Origin: Candidatus Krumholzibacteriia bacterium
Lineage (GTDB): Bacteria > Krumholzibacteriota > Krumholzibacteriia > JAJRXK01
NCBI GenBank assembly: GCA_041484665.1
Contig: JBGPIA010000003.1
Location: forward strand, 96,001 to 160,000
Length of the DNA: 64,000 bases
Reading direction: 5' to 3'
Part shown: piece after piece, positions 9,896 through 20,840 of the stretch
How positions within the stretch are numbered: the first letter of the stretch is position 1
Layout: every line of letters begins with the position of its first letter
The notes under the pieces: model-generated
The model's database searches: none
What the model was told of the DNA's origin: nothing
The model's input: the letters and a program-made list of their open reading frames with translations, nothing else
Position numbers and translations under genes: made by a program

Positions 9896-10999
9896 GTGAG
9901 CCTGGAAGGCAGGCTGAGCGATTTCACGCTGGAGGAGATCCTCCAGCTCATCGCGCTGCAGCAGAAGACCGGCGTGCTCAACGTCGAGGCCTCGTACCCG
10001 ATGGTCCTCTATTTCGAGTCGGGTGAGCTGGTCAGCTATCGGGACCGGCGCGGCGCCGGCACGGACCAGCTCCAGGCGTTCCTGCGCAAGTATGGCTTCT
10101 TCAGCAGTGAGAGCTGGGAGCACATCGACTTCGTCCAGCGCAACAGCAGCCTCGACCTGACCGAGATCCTGATCAACGAGGGCCTGCTCTCCCCCGAGGC
10201 GCTGGCGCGCGTGCAGCAAGACACCGCCCAGGAGCACCTGAACCACGGCATGCTCCTGCGCGACGGGCGCTACGCGTTCACCGCCGGCCGCGAGGTCCTG
10301 ATGGGCCTCAAGGGGCGGGTGCGCATGAAGGTGGAGGGGCTGCTCATGGAGGCCGCGCGCCGCATCGATGAGATGCCGGTGCTCCAGGAGCGCTACGGTG
10401 GGGACCGCGTCAAGATCCGGCGCACCGACAAGGAGGCCGACCCCGAGAACCTCTCGTCGGGGATGCGGCACCTGCTCTCGATCGTGGGCAACGAGAGCAC
10501 CGTGAAGGCGGTGGTCGGATCGGCCCGCATGTCCGAGTTCGACACGCTGCAGGTGCTCGAGGAGCTGCGCCAGAAGGGGCTGGTGCTGGTGATGGCCCCG
10601 CCGAAGGCCGTCAAGGCGGAGGGCGAGGTCCAGCCGGAGGAGGAACGCGGCGCGCAGCGGGTCGGACAGCGCGCCGCCGCGCTCTGGACGTTGGTGATGC
10701 TGGGGCTCGCGGCGCTGCTGTGGTTGTTCGATCCGCTCGCGGCCTATCGCGTCCGCCCGACGGCAGGGACGCAGCGGGCCGCGGAGCTGGCCGGCACGCG
10801 CCAGCTGCAGCGCATCGAGAGCGCGCTCTTCCTCTATCAGGCTGCCCGCGGCGGCTACCCGCAGAATCTGCAGGCCCTCGTCGAGGCCCGGCTGCTGGAG
10901 CCCACCGCTCTGAAGGGCACTGGCGCCGTCGAGTACACGGTGGCACCCGACGGGCGCAGCTACAGCGTGCACCCCGCACGGCTGAACGCTCCGCAGTAG
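9896..10999 (+). CDS. DUF4388 (PatA-N-like) domain protein with C-terminal TM helix and pseudopilin-like tail
   Basis: N-terminus 'LEGRLSDFTLEEILQLIALQQKTGVL...LYFESGEL' and 'EGLLMEAARRIDE' are typical of DUF4388; TM helix then 'ALFLYQAARGGYPQNLQALV'. Confidence 0.8.
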   Translation: MSLEGRLSDFTLEEILQLIALQQKTGVLNVEASYPMVLYFESGELVSYRDRRGAGTDQLQAFLRKYGFFSSESWEHIDFVQRNSSLDLTEILINEGLLSPEALARVQQDTAQEHLNHGMLLRDGRYAFTAGREVLMGLKGRVRMKVEGLLMEAARRIDEMPVLQERYGGDRVKIRRTDKEADPENLSSGMRHLLSIVGNESTVKAVVGSARMSEFDTLQVLEELRQKGLVLVMAPPKAVKAEGEVQPEEERGAQRVGQRAAALWTLVMLGLAALLWLFDPLAAYRVRPTAGTQRAAELAGTRQLQRIESALFLYQAARGGYPQNLQALVEARLLEPTALKGTGAVEYTVAPDGRSYSVHPARLNAPQ

Positions 11000-11096
11000 C
11001 CTGCGACCCCGACCCCGCCCCGCGCCGCGCGGCGCAGCTAGCCAGGGCTCAGCCGCAGCGCGGCGGATCCTCCACCCTGGTCAGCGGGCGCGGGAG

Positions 11097-11918
11097 CTAG
11101 CGAGCGGCTGCGGAGGTGCGCCCCGGGATGGGCGCCGATTGCATCCAGCCCATGGGTCGGCGAGGCAGCAGCAGCGCCGCCAGTCCTGGCAAGCGTTCCG
11201 CCGTCCTCCACCGCGCGCCGCGCAGGAACCCCATCTGGAAGCCGGCCTTGACCGCCAGCTCGGCGACCTCCGCGTTGGCGGCCCCCGCGGGATAGCCGAG
11301 GGCGATGGGCTCCACGCCCAGGCGCTTCTCGATCTCGCGCCGGGAGCGCATCAAGTCGCCGAAGGCGATCTCGGCGGGCAGTCGCGTCAGGTCAGCGCCG
11401 CAGTGCCCTTGGCACTGCACCGTCGCGCCGCGCGCGACCAATCCCTCCAGCTCCGCCCACGCGATGCTCTGCACCTGGCGGAATCCGGTGTTTGGGCCCC
11501 GCCGTTGGGTGCGGCCCACCTGCCCGGTGGAGACGAAGATCAATGGTTGGATGGCGCGGGCCTGCAGCAGAGGCCAGGCGAGCTCGAGGAAATCGCCGCC
11601 GGGATGGTCGAAGCTGACCAGCGCCTCCGGGCGTGACGGCGCTGCAGCCGCGAGCAGGCGCTCGACGAACTCCTCGAAGTTGAGCATTCGCACACCCGCG
11701 CGCAGCAGCGCGTCGAGCTGCCGCTCCAACTGCGCCGCGGTGATCCACGCCGCACCCAGCGCCGGGCCGCGAACGACGCTCGGGAATGCCAGCACCAGCG
11801 CGCAGCGCGCCCGCAACGCCGCGACTGCGGGCAGCTCTCCTGCGACGCCACTGTCCACGCGGTCGCCGGCGTCGCGCGCCGGGATCCGGGACGACCCCTG
11901 CTGACTCGGATCGGTCAT
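11097..11918 (-). CDS. Polysaccharide deacetylase (NodB/IcaB-like) family protein with degenerate catalytic motifs
   Basis: Fold motifs 'LVSFDHP', 'IFVSTGQVG', 'WAELEGL..G', 'SRREIEKRLG', 'GYPAG'. Confidence 0.7.
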   Translation of the reverse strand: MTDPSQQGSSRIPARDAGDRVDSGVAGELPAVAALRARCALVLAFPSVVRGPALGAAWITAAQLERQLDALLRAGVRMLNFEEFVERLLAAAAPSRPEALVSFDHPGGDFLELAWPLLQARAIQPLIFVSTGQVGRTQRRGPNTGFRQVQSIAWAELEGLVARGATVQCQGHCGADLTRLPAEIAFGDLMRSRREIEKRLGVEPIALGYPAGAANAEVAELAVKAGFQMGFLRGARWRTAERLPGLAALLLPRRPMGWMQSAPIPGRTSAAAR

Positions 11919-12194
11919 GGCTGGAAACCGGCTGCGACCGACCACTCCGCAGCGCCGGCGTGGTACGAGGCCGACGCGGCGCGCGCGGAGCGCGGGCGGG
12001 TGGAGCCGATGGAGGAGCCGCGAGGGAAATCGCAGGTGTCAGCCTGCGCACCATAGCACGGCGGGCACGGCCGGGCAACGGGCGTTCACAGCGCGCTGGC
12101 CCCACGCCCCTGACGCGCGCGCGTATGCTAGAGTGCCAGCCGGGCGGCGCGCCCCGGCGCCGCGCACGACGCCTGCGCCAGCGAGGAGGTCGCC

Positions 12195-13382
12195 ATGATC
12201 CAGCCCGCGTCCCGCTTGCGCGCTCTCCCCAGGTATGCGTTCGAGGAGCTGCTCGCGCTGCGCGACCAGACCGCCGCCCGCGGAGTGGCGGTGCTCGACA
12301 TGGGCGTGGGCAATCCCGACGCGCGTCCCCCCGCCCAGGCCATCACCGCACTGGTGGAGGCAGCGCAGGCCGAGCGACCCAACTACCACCGCTACGCCAG
12401 CTTCAACGGCCTGCCCGAGCTGCGCAGGGCCGCCGCCGCCTGGTACGGTCGCCGCTTCAACGTGCACTTGGACCCCGACCGCGAGGTGCTCCCGGTGCTG
12501 GGGAGCAAGGAGGGCCTCTATCATCTGATGCAGGCCTACGTCGATCCCGGCGATATCGTCCTGATCCCCTCGCCGTGCTACCCCGCATACCTGGGCGCCG
12601 CGCGGCTGGCCGAGGCGACCATCGTCGAGCTGCCGCTCTCGCCGCGCAACCGCTGGCTGATCGACTTCAGCACGGTCGAAAGCGAGACCGCGCGCGGCGC
12701 CAAACTGCTGCTCATGAACTATCCCAACAATCCAACGGGCGCGATCTGCGACCTCGACCACTATCGCGACGCCATCGCCTTCTGCCGCGATTTCGACATC
12801 CTACTGGCGAGCGACATCGCCTACAGCGAGCTCTCCCTCACCGATGGGCACGTACCGGCGAGTGTGTTCGAGCTGCCCGGAGCGCGGCAGCAGGCGGTGG
12901 AGTTCTCGTCGTTGTCCAAGAGCTACGCCATGGCGGGCTGGCGCGTGGGCTTCTGCGTGGGAAACGCCGAGGCGGTAGGCAATCTGCTGCGCCTGAAGTG
13001 CAACGTCGATTTCGGGATGTTCCTGGCGGTGCAGAAGGGCGCCGAGGCGGCGTTGTCGGGCGACGACCGCGCGCTGTCGCAGACGCGTCGGATGCTGCGC
13101 CGGCGCGCGGCGCTCCTGTGCGGCGGGCTGCGCCGGCTGGGCTGGGAGGTGGACGAGCCTGCGGCCACGCTCTACGCCTGGGCGCGCGTCCCACCCCCTT
13201 TCGGCGAAGACGATGTACGGTTCGTGTTTGAGTTGCTCGAGCGCGCCGGGGTGCTGCTCACACACGGCTCGGCGTTCGGCACCCACGGCCGCGGCTACGT
13301 GCGCATCTCGCTCTCGCTCGACGAGGCTGGCATCGACGCGGCGCTGTCCCGCATCGAGAGCAGCGGCATCCTGCAGGGCTGA
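12195..13382 (+). CDS. Class I/II PLP-dependent aminotransferase (LL-diaminopimelate aminotransferase/AlaC-like)
   Basis: GVGNPD, GSKEG, NYPNNPTG, SDIAYSE, PLP-lysine motif SLSKSYAMAGWRVG; GGAGG RBS. Confidence 0.88.
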   Translation: MIQPASRLRALPRYAFEELLALRDQTAARGVAVLDMGVGNPDARPPAQAITALVEAAQAERPNYHRYASFNGLPELRRAAAAWYGRRFNVHLDPDREVLPVLGSKEGLYHLMQAYVDPGDIVLIPSPCYPAYLGAARLAEATIVELPLSPRNRWLIDFSTVESETARGAKLLLMNYPNNPTGAICDLDHYRDAIAFCRDFDILLASDIAYSELSLTDGHVPASVFELPGARQQAVEFSSLSKSYAMAGWRVGFCVGNAEAVGNLLRLKCNVDFGMFLAVQKGAEAALSGDDRALSQTRRMLRRRAALLCGGLRRLGWEVDEPAATLYAWARVPPPFGEDDVRFVFELLERAGVLLTHGSAFGTHGRGYVRISLSLDEAGIDAALSRIESSGILQG

Positions 13383-13442
13383 GCCCCTTTGCGCCCGGCG
13401 CAGGCCCCGCGGCCAACGCTGCGCAGCAGGATGGCGTGCGCA

Positions 13443-13711
13443 GGCCCAAGCCCCCGCACACTCTCCCCCGCGATGTCCTCGCCCCGCGGCGACTTGCTGG
13501 TAGCAGCACAACGCTGACGGCCCCTGGCTCCGCACGGTCGGCGAGCGACACTCCGCAGCCCGCCGGCCGATTCCTGGGTTCATCGGCCGGCGGGCGAGGA
13601 CCGTCGCGAGCGGACCGTGGGAGTCAGGGGCCTGTGCGCTTCGTGCTGGAACGGGTGGTTGGCCGCGGATCTGCGGAGTGTCGCGGGGGAGAGTGTGCGG
13701 GGGCTTGGGCC
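13443..13711. repeat. Palindromic intergenic element with perfect 31-bp terminal inverted repeats (MITE/REPIN-like)
   Basis: 13443-13473 GGCCCAAGCCCCCGCACACTCTCCCCCGCGA is the exact reverse complement of 13681-13711; nested internal inverted repeats are also present. Confidence 0.85.
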
Positions 13712-13790
13712 ATCGGCGCGCTGCGGCTGCGTGCACGCTGCCGCGGGGAGCGCCGCTCGCGCAGGGAGACTGCGCCGGGCGCGTGAGCGG

Positions 13791-15065
13791 TTAGCCGGCG
13801 AAGGCGAGCTTGCGGGCGGGACCGTGGCCGACGACCGTCTGCTGCGCCGGATCGAGGAACTGCTGCGCCAGGCGCACGAGGTCGTCGCGCGTGGTGCGCT
13901 CGATCCCCTCGAGCAGCTCGGCCGCGGGGATGAAGCGCCCGTGGTACAGCTCGTTGCGCGCCAGGCGCGACATCTGGTTCATGGAACCCTCCATCCCCAG
14001 CACCAGCGAGCCTGTGAGCTGCGCCTTGTTCATCTCCACTTCATCGTCGCCGAGGTCGCCCGCGCGCAGCCGCTCGTATTCGGCGGAGATCACCCGCAGA
14101 GCCCGCACGCAGCTGCGCGGGCTGGCTGAGAAGCTCGTGCAGAACACGCCCGCGTCGCTGTGGAAGTCGGCGTAGGTGCAGATGGAGTAGGCCAGCCCCT
14201 GCTCCTCGCGCACCTTCTGGAAGAGCCGGCTGCTCATGCCGCCGCCCAGGACGCTGCTCAGGAGCAGCACCCCCATGCGGTCGGGATGGACGGTGGACAC
14301 GCCGGGGACGGCGATCTCGACGTATTGCTGGGCCAGCCGGCGCGGGTAGACCCAGCTGCCGGCAGCGAGCGGGGGCGCAACCTGCGCGGCGCCGCGCGCC
14401 GGACCCCCGTCGGGCAGGTCGAAGGCGCAGGCCACCAGCTCCTCCTCGCGGGCGGTGACCGCTCCGGCGACGGAGAGCACGATGTTGCTGCCGCGGTGCA
14501 CGCGGTGCGCCCACTGCTGTAGCGCATCGGACTGCATGGCGGCCACGCTCTGCTCGGTGCCCAGGATCGGCCGGCTGAGCGGATGCCCGTCCAGCAGGTG
14601 CTCCATGAGCTTCTCGTGGATGAAATCGTCCGGTGTGTCTTCGCTGCTCTTGATCTCCTCCAGCACGACCTTCTTCTCCAGCTCGAGCTGATCCGGAGCG
14701 TAGGCCGAGTGCAGGAGCATCTCCGACAGGATCGAGAGCGCGTCGGGCAGCTTCGCCGGCACCACCTTCACCGTGTAGGCGGTGTACTCCTTGGTCGTGT
14801 AGGCGTCGATGCTGGCGCCGATCGCCTCCATGTCGCGGGCGAGCTCGAACGCGCTGCGCCGGTCGGTGCCCTTGAAGACCATGTGCTCGAGCATGTGGCT
14901 GACGCCGCCCAGACCAGGGGGCTCGTCGCGCGTGCCGGTGCGCACCCACACGCCCAGGGCGACGCCGTAGGCGTCGGGCGTGGGGCGGGTGAGTAGCACC
15001 GCGCCCTGGCGAAGCACGGTCCGCCGCGGGGGGTGCTCGTTGCTGAGGTCGACCTGCAATTGCAC
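13791..15065 (-). CDS. M16 (pitrilysin/insulinase family) zinc peptidase
   Basis: Inverted zincin motif HMLEH in 'SHMLEHMVFKGT', 'GGGMSSRLFQKVREEQGLAYS'; usual position downstream of pnp. GTG start at 15065 inferred. Confidence 0.92.
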   Translation of the reverse strand: MQLQVDLSNEHPPRRTVLRQGAVLLTRPTPDAYGVALGVWVRTGTRDEPPGLGGVSHMLEHMVFKGTDRRSAFELARDMEAIGASIDAYTTKEYTAYTVKVVPAKLPDALSILSEMLLHSAYAPDQLELEKKVVLEEIKSSEDTPDDFIHEKLMEHLLDGHPLSRPILGTEQSVAAMQSDALQQWAHRVHRGSNIVLSVAGAVTAREEELVACAFDLPDGGPARGAAQVAPPLAAGSWVYPRRLAQQYVEIAVPGVSTVHPDRMGVLLLSSVLGGGMSSRLFQKVREEQGLAYSICTYADFHSDAGVFCTSFSASPRSCVRALRVISAEYERLRAGDLGDDEVEMNKAQLTGSLVLGMEGSMNQMSRLARNELYHGRFIPAAELLEGIERTTRDDLVRLAQQFLDPAQQTVVGHGPARKLAFAG

Positions 15066-15094
15066 GGGGCGCGACCGGGGGCGTGGGGAACGTC

Positions 15095-15121
15095 GCGGGC
15101 GGGAGGACACCTCCCGCCCGC
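15095..15121 (-). terminator. Strong hairpin downstream of pnp (no U-tract)
   Basis: GCGGGCGGGAGG-aca-CCTCCCGCCCGC, 12-bp perfect inverted repeat about 40 nt after the pnp stop. Confidence 0.5.
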
Positions 15122-15159
15122 AAGATCTCGAAGCAGACGGAGCCGGGCCTGGCCCAGCC

Positions 15160-17265
<2,106 letters not shown>

Positions 17266-17384
17266 AGCACACTACTCCTACTACGACGAACGCAACGTTT
17301 CGCGGTAGCCAACAACCGTATGGACAGAACCGTCCGCGGGCGGCCCAGCGTGTCGTAATCGCCGATGGCCGCCGCAGGCGCGGG

Positions 17385-17654
17385 CTAGCCGCGGATCCCG
17401 AGCTCTTTGATCAGGGCCCGAAAGCTGACGAGGTCCTTGGTCTTCAGATAGTTGAGCAAGCGCTTGCGCTGTCCAACCATCTTCAAGAGACCCCGCCGCG
17501 AATGGTGGTCCTTCTTGTGGACCTTGAAGTGCTCGGTGAGGCTGTTGATCCGCTCGCTGAGCAGCGCGATCTGCACTTCGGGGGAGCCCGAGTCGTGCTC
17601 GTGCTTCCTGTAGCGGCTGATGATCTCGCTCTTTTTCCCCTTGTCCAGCGCCAT
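17385..17654 (-). CDS. rpsO: 30S ribosomal protein S15
   Basis: MALDKGKK...[13 protein letters not shown]...[22 protein letters not shown], 89 aa, GGAGG RBS. Confidence 0.98.
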   Translation of the reverse strand: MALDKGKKSEIISRYRKHEHDSGSPEVQIALLSERINSLTEHFKVHKKDHHSRRGLLKMVGQRKRLLNYLKTKDLVSFRALIKELGIRG

Positions 17655-17787
17655 CGTCTCAGAACCTCCTGCCGGCTTTGCCGGTGCGATGGCAGCAGGC
17701 TGAGCCAGCCAGCCGCACCCTCGTCTCCGAGGGCCGCCAGCGGAACGCCCACCATGGGTTTGGCTTTCCTCTCTGAATTGACACGGC

Positions 17788-17816
17788 AGGATAGGCGTAC
17801 CCCGAGGGGGTGTCAA
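17788..17816 (-). promoter_or_regulatory. Sigma70-type promoter for rpsO-pnp
   Basis: TTGACA(17816-11)-N17-TATCCT(17793-88). Confidence 0.75.
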
Positions 17817-17852
17817 GGAGCACCACCCCCCGACCCCACTTGCCAGGTCCCC

Positions 17853-18854
17853 TCACTCCAGGCGATCGAGGCGCTCGGGGCGCTGCGGTCCGGGCGCTTC
17901 ACCCAGGCGCCGGCGAGCCTCCGCGACGTCGTGGCGGATGCGTGCCGCGAGGGCCGAGGCGTCGGGAAACCGGATTTCTTCCCGGATGGGTGCGGCGAGG
18001 GCGACCTCGAGCGTCTGGCCGCGGAGGTCCGGTGCGCCGTCGAGCAGATGCACCTCCAAGCCAAGCACCGAGCCGTCGGTCATGGTGGGAGCGCGCCCCA
18101 GGTTCAGGACGGCGTCCGACCAGGGGGTTCTGGTGTCCCCCAACGGTCGCGCTGTCCGCGCCCAGCAGGCGTAGACCCCGGGCGGCGGGAGCAGCTTCTC
18201 CGGGCGGCCCACGTCCAGGTTAGCGGTGGGGAAGCCCAGCCGCCGGCCATCGCCGCGGCCTTCGACCACCCGCCCGCGAATCAGATAGGGATGGCCCAGC
18301 ATCGCCGTGGCGTCCGCCAGCCGTCCCGCCTGGATCGCGGCGCGGATGCGGCTGCTGCTGATGGGCTCCCCTTCGTGCCGTACGCTGGCCACCTGGCTGA
18401 TGGCGAAACCGGCGCTCTCCGCCAGATCGGCGACCGTGGCGTAGGTGCCGCCGCGGTTGCGCCCGAAGTGGACCTCGTGGCCGAGCACGAAGTGCGCGAG
18501 CCCCAGCCGCTCCAGCAGGACGCGCCGTACGAACGCGTCGTACTCCAGCTGGGCCAGCCGATCGTCGAACTCGAGGATGACGACGGCAGGCACGTCCGCG
18601 GCGTCGAACAGCCGCAGCATCTCCTCCTCGGTGGTGAGCAGGCGCGGGCTCTCGCGCGGGGTGAGTACGGCGCGCGGGTGGCGGCCGAAGGTCACCACCG
18701 CAGCGCCGTCCATGCCCGGCGCCTGGGCGATGCGCAGGAGCTGTCCGAGGATCGCCTGGTGACCACGGTGCACGCCGTCGAAGGTGCCCAGCGTCACGGC
18801 GCGCCGGCCCGTCAGGCAGGGCACTTGATCAAACGGTCCCCGAAACGTCTCCAT
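17853..18854 (-). CDS. ribF: Bifunctional riboflavin kinase/FAD synthetase
   Basis: GTFDGVHRGH, ISSSRIR, GRRLGFPTANL, LEVHLLD. Confidence 0.95.
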   Translation of the reverse strand: METFRGPFDQVPCLTGRRAVTLGTFDGVHRGHQAILGQLLRIAQAPGMDGAAVVTFGRHPRAVLTPRESPRLLTTEEEMLRLFDAADVPAVVILEFDDRLAQLEYDAFVRRVLLERLGLAHFVLGHEVHFGRNRGGTYATVADLAESAGFAISQVASVRHEGEPISSSRIRAAIQAGRLADATAMLGHPYLIRGRVVEGRGDGRRLGFPTANLDVGRPEKLLPPPGVYACWARTARPLGDTRTPWSDAVLNLGRAPTMTDGSVLGLEVHLLDGAPDLRGQTLEVALAAPIREEIRFPDASALAARIRHDVAEARRRLGEAPGPQRPERLDRLE

Positions 18855-19839
18855 CCCCGTCCTTTGGGATCACAACCCAGAGCGCGAGGCCTTCCGGCCG
18901 GCGCTGCGCCAACGCGATCAGCTCGCCACCCCCGTCGACCAGCGCGATGGGCAGCGCGCCCGAGGCAGGCAGCGTGTCCACGGCAGGCAGCGTGTCCGCG
19001 GCCGGCAGCGCGCCCGCCAGGGCCAGCGCATCCGTGGCACGCTGTCCGAGCTCGGCGGGACAGCGCCCGTGGCGCACCGCCACGACCTCCGGCGGCGAGA
19101 GCGGCAAGCGCCGGACACCGCGCAGCGCATCGGCGGGGCTCAGCACACCCGGACCGGCGACGTGGAGCCCGTCCCACCCGCGCTCGAACGCGTCGATGCC
19201 GGTAGCGTCCGCCAGCGTCAGCGTCCCGCTGCGCTCGCGGCGCAGCGCGTACAGGTGCGCCGGGCAGCCCAGCTCCGCACCCAGATCGCGCGCCAGGCTG
19301 CGCACGTATGTCCCGCTGCCACACTCCACGATCAAATCGGCGAACGGCGGCGCGAAGCGCACGAGCTCCAGGCCCCGGATGCGCACCGGCCTTGCGGGCA
19401 GCGGACCGGGCAGCTCACCGGCCCGCTGCAACGCGTACGCGCGCCGCCCGCCGACCTTGATGGCGCTGACGTCGGGAGGCCGTTGCGTGACGATGCCGAC
19501 CATGCCTGCGAGAGTGCTGGCGAGCGCCTCGCGCGTAAAGGCCATCTCCCCCTCGGCGATGACCCGCCCCGTGGCGTCGTCGGTATCCGTCGCCGCGCCG
19601 AAACGCACCGTCGCCGCGTACCGCTTTTCGCCGAGCGAGATGAACTGCAGCAGGCGCGTCGCGCTCCCGGTGGCCACCACCAGCAGCCCGCTGGCAAACG
19701 GATCGAGCGTGCCCGCGTGGCCGACGCGCCGATAGCCCGTGACACTGCGGACGCGGCGCACCAGATCGAAGCTGGTCGGTCCCGGCGCCTTGTCGAGGCA
19801 GACGAAGCAGCCGCGCCCGCCACGACCCTTGCGCGTCAA
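18829..19839 (-). CDS. truB: tRNA pseudouridine(55) synthase
   Basis: LDKAPGPTSF, VGHAGTLDPFASG, TDTDDATG, SAIKVGG, CGSGTYVRSLARDLG; TTG start overlaps the upstream stop (TTGA). Confidence 0.93.
   Translation of the reverse strand: MTRKGRGGRGCFVCLDKAPGPTSFDLVRRVRSVTGYRRVGHAGTLDPFASGLLVVATGSATRLLQFISLGEKRYAATVRFGAATDTDDATGRVIAEGEMAFTREALASTLAGMVGIVTQRPPDVSAIKVGGRRAYALQRAGELPGPLPARPVRIRGLELVRFAPPFADLIVECGSGTYVRSLARDLGAELGCPAHLYALRRERSGTLTLADATGIDAFERGWDGLHVAGPGVLSPADALRGVRRLPLSPPEVVAVRHGRCPAELGQRATDALALAGALPAADTLPAVDTLPASGALPIALVDGGGELIALAQRRPEGLALWVVIPKDGDGDVSGTV
18946..19017. repeat. Imperfect in-frame 18-bp tandem repeat (about 4 copies) near the truB 3' end
   Basis: ggcaggcagcgtgtccac / ggcaggcagcgtgtccgc / ggccggcagcgcgcccgc plus a degenerate fourth copy; encodes GALPAADTLPAVDTLPASGALP. 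Confidence 0.75.
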
Positions 19840-20840
19840 GGCCCCGGACGGTCGCGCGCGAGCTCCGCCTCCAGCTCGCCCAGAACCTGGCCGGCGATCT
19901 GCTCCGGAGCGCCGTCGAGCGTGAAGCCGGCCGCCTTGCTGTGCCCGCCGCCGCCGTGGCGCGCCGCGATCGCGCGCACGTCGCGCGCCCCGTTGGCGCG
20001 CAGGCTCACCCGCCAGCGGGTGGGTGTCTCCTCCTTGAACATCGCCACCAGCTGCACGCCCTGCGCCGAGGTGGCGAAGTTCACGAACCCTTCGGTGTCG
20101 GACGCGCGCGCCCCGGTCGCGCGCAGCATGGCCTGCGTGAGCCACAACAGAGCGATCCGGCCTCCGCTGCGGTACTCGATACCCTCCAGGACACGCGACA
20201 AGAGCGCCAGCGTCGCGGCCGAGCGGCGGTGGAGGATCAGGTCGGCGAGCCGCGCCGGGTCGGCGCCGTGCTCCACCAGCTCCGCTCCGATGCGCAGGGT
20301 GGCCGGCGTCGTGTTGCTGAACCGGAAGCCGCCGGTGTCGGCCAACAGGCCGGCGTAGAGACAGGCGGCCGACTCAGGCGCCAACGAAAGCCACGGAGCG
20401 CAGCGCAGCAGGCAGTAGACCAGACAGGCGCTGGCGGCCGCTTCGGGCACGAACCACTCCAGATGCCCGTCGCCACCGTCGCCGTCGTGCAAGTGATGGT
20501 CGATGACCACCACCGTCTCGCGGCCGGTCAGTCGGCCGGCGATCTCGCCAGTGCGCTGGAGACTGTGGCAGTCGAACAGGATGATGGCGTCGGCCTCGCC
20601 GGAGAGCTGGCCCGGGAGGAGGGTTTGGTCGTATCCGGGCAGCTCGACAAAGGCGGCCGGAGCGTCGGGATGGCGGACCATGGCCACTTCCTTGCCGGCC
20701 GCACGCAGGGCGATCCCCAGCCCCAGCATGCTGCCCACACCGTCGGCGTCGGGATTGACGTGGGTGGCAAGCCACAGGCGGTGGGATCGCTCCAGCAGTG
20801 CCACCAACGCGGGCGGCGGCGGGTAGGGCACCGCGCTCAC
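19836..20840 (-). CDS. nrnA: DHH/DHHA1 family phosphoesterase (nanoRNase/pAp phosphatase)
   Basis: HVNPDADGVGS, IDHH, DTGGFRF, RVSLR, GGGGHSKAAG; located between rbfA and truB. Confidence 0.9.
   Translation of the reverse strand: MSAVPYPPPPALVALLERSHRLWLATHVNPDADGVGSMLGLGIALRAAGKEVAMVRHPDAPAAFVELPGYDQTLLPGQLSGEADAIILFDCHSLQRTGEIAGRLTGRETVVVIDHHLHDGDGGDGHLEWFVPEAAASACLVYCLLRCAPWLSLAPESAACLYAGLLADTGGFRFSNTTPATLRIGAELVEHGADPARLADLILHRRSAATLALLSRVLEGIEYRSGGRIALLWLTQAMLRATGARASDTEGFVNFATSAQGVQLVAMFKEETPTRWRVSLRANGARDVRAIAARHGGGGHSKAAGFTLDGAPEQIAGQVLGELEAELARDRPGP

Noticed and set aside
13443..13711. Possible CRISPR repeat (CTCCCCCGCG resembles some type I-E repeats)
   Set aside because: Only two copies, inverted rather than direct, with no regular spacers and no cas genes.
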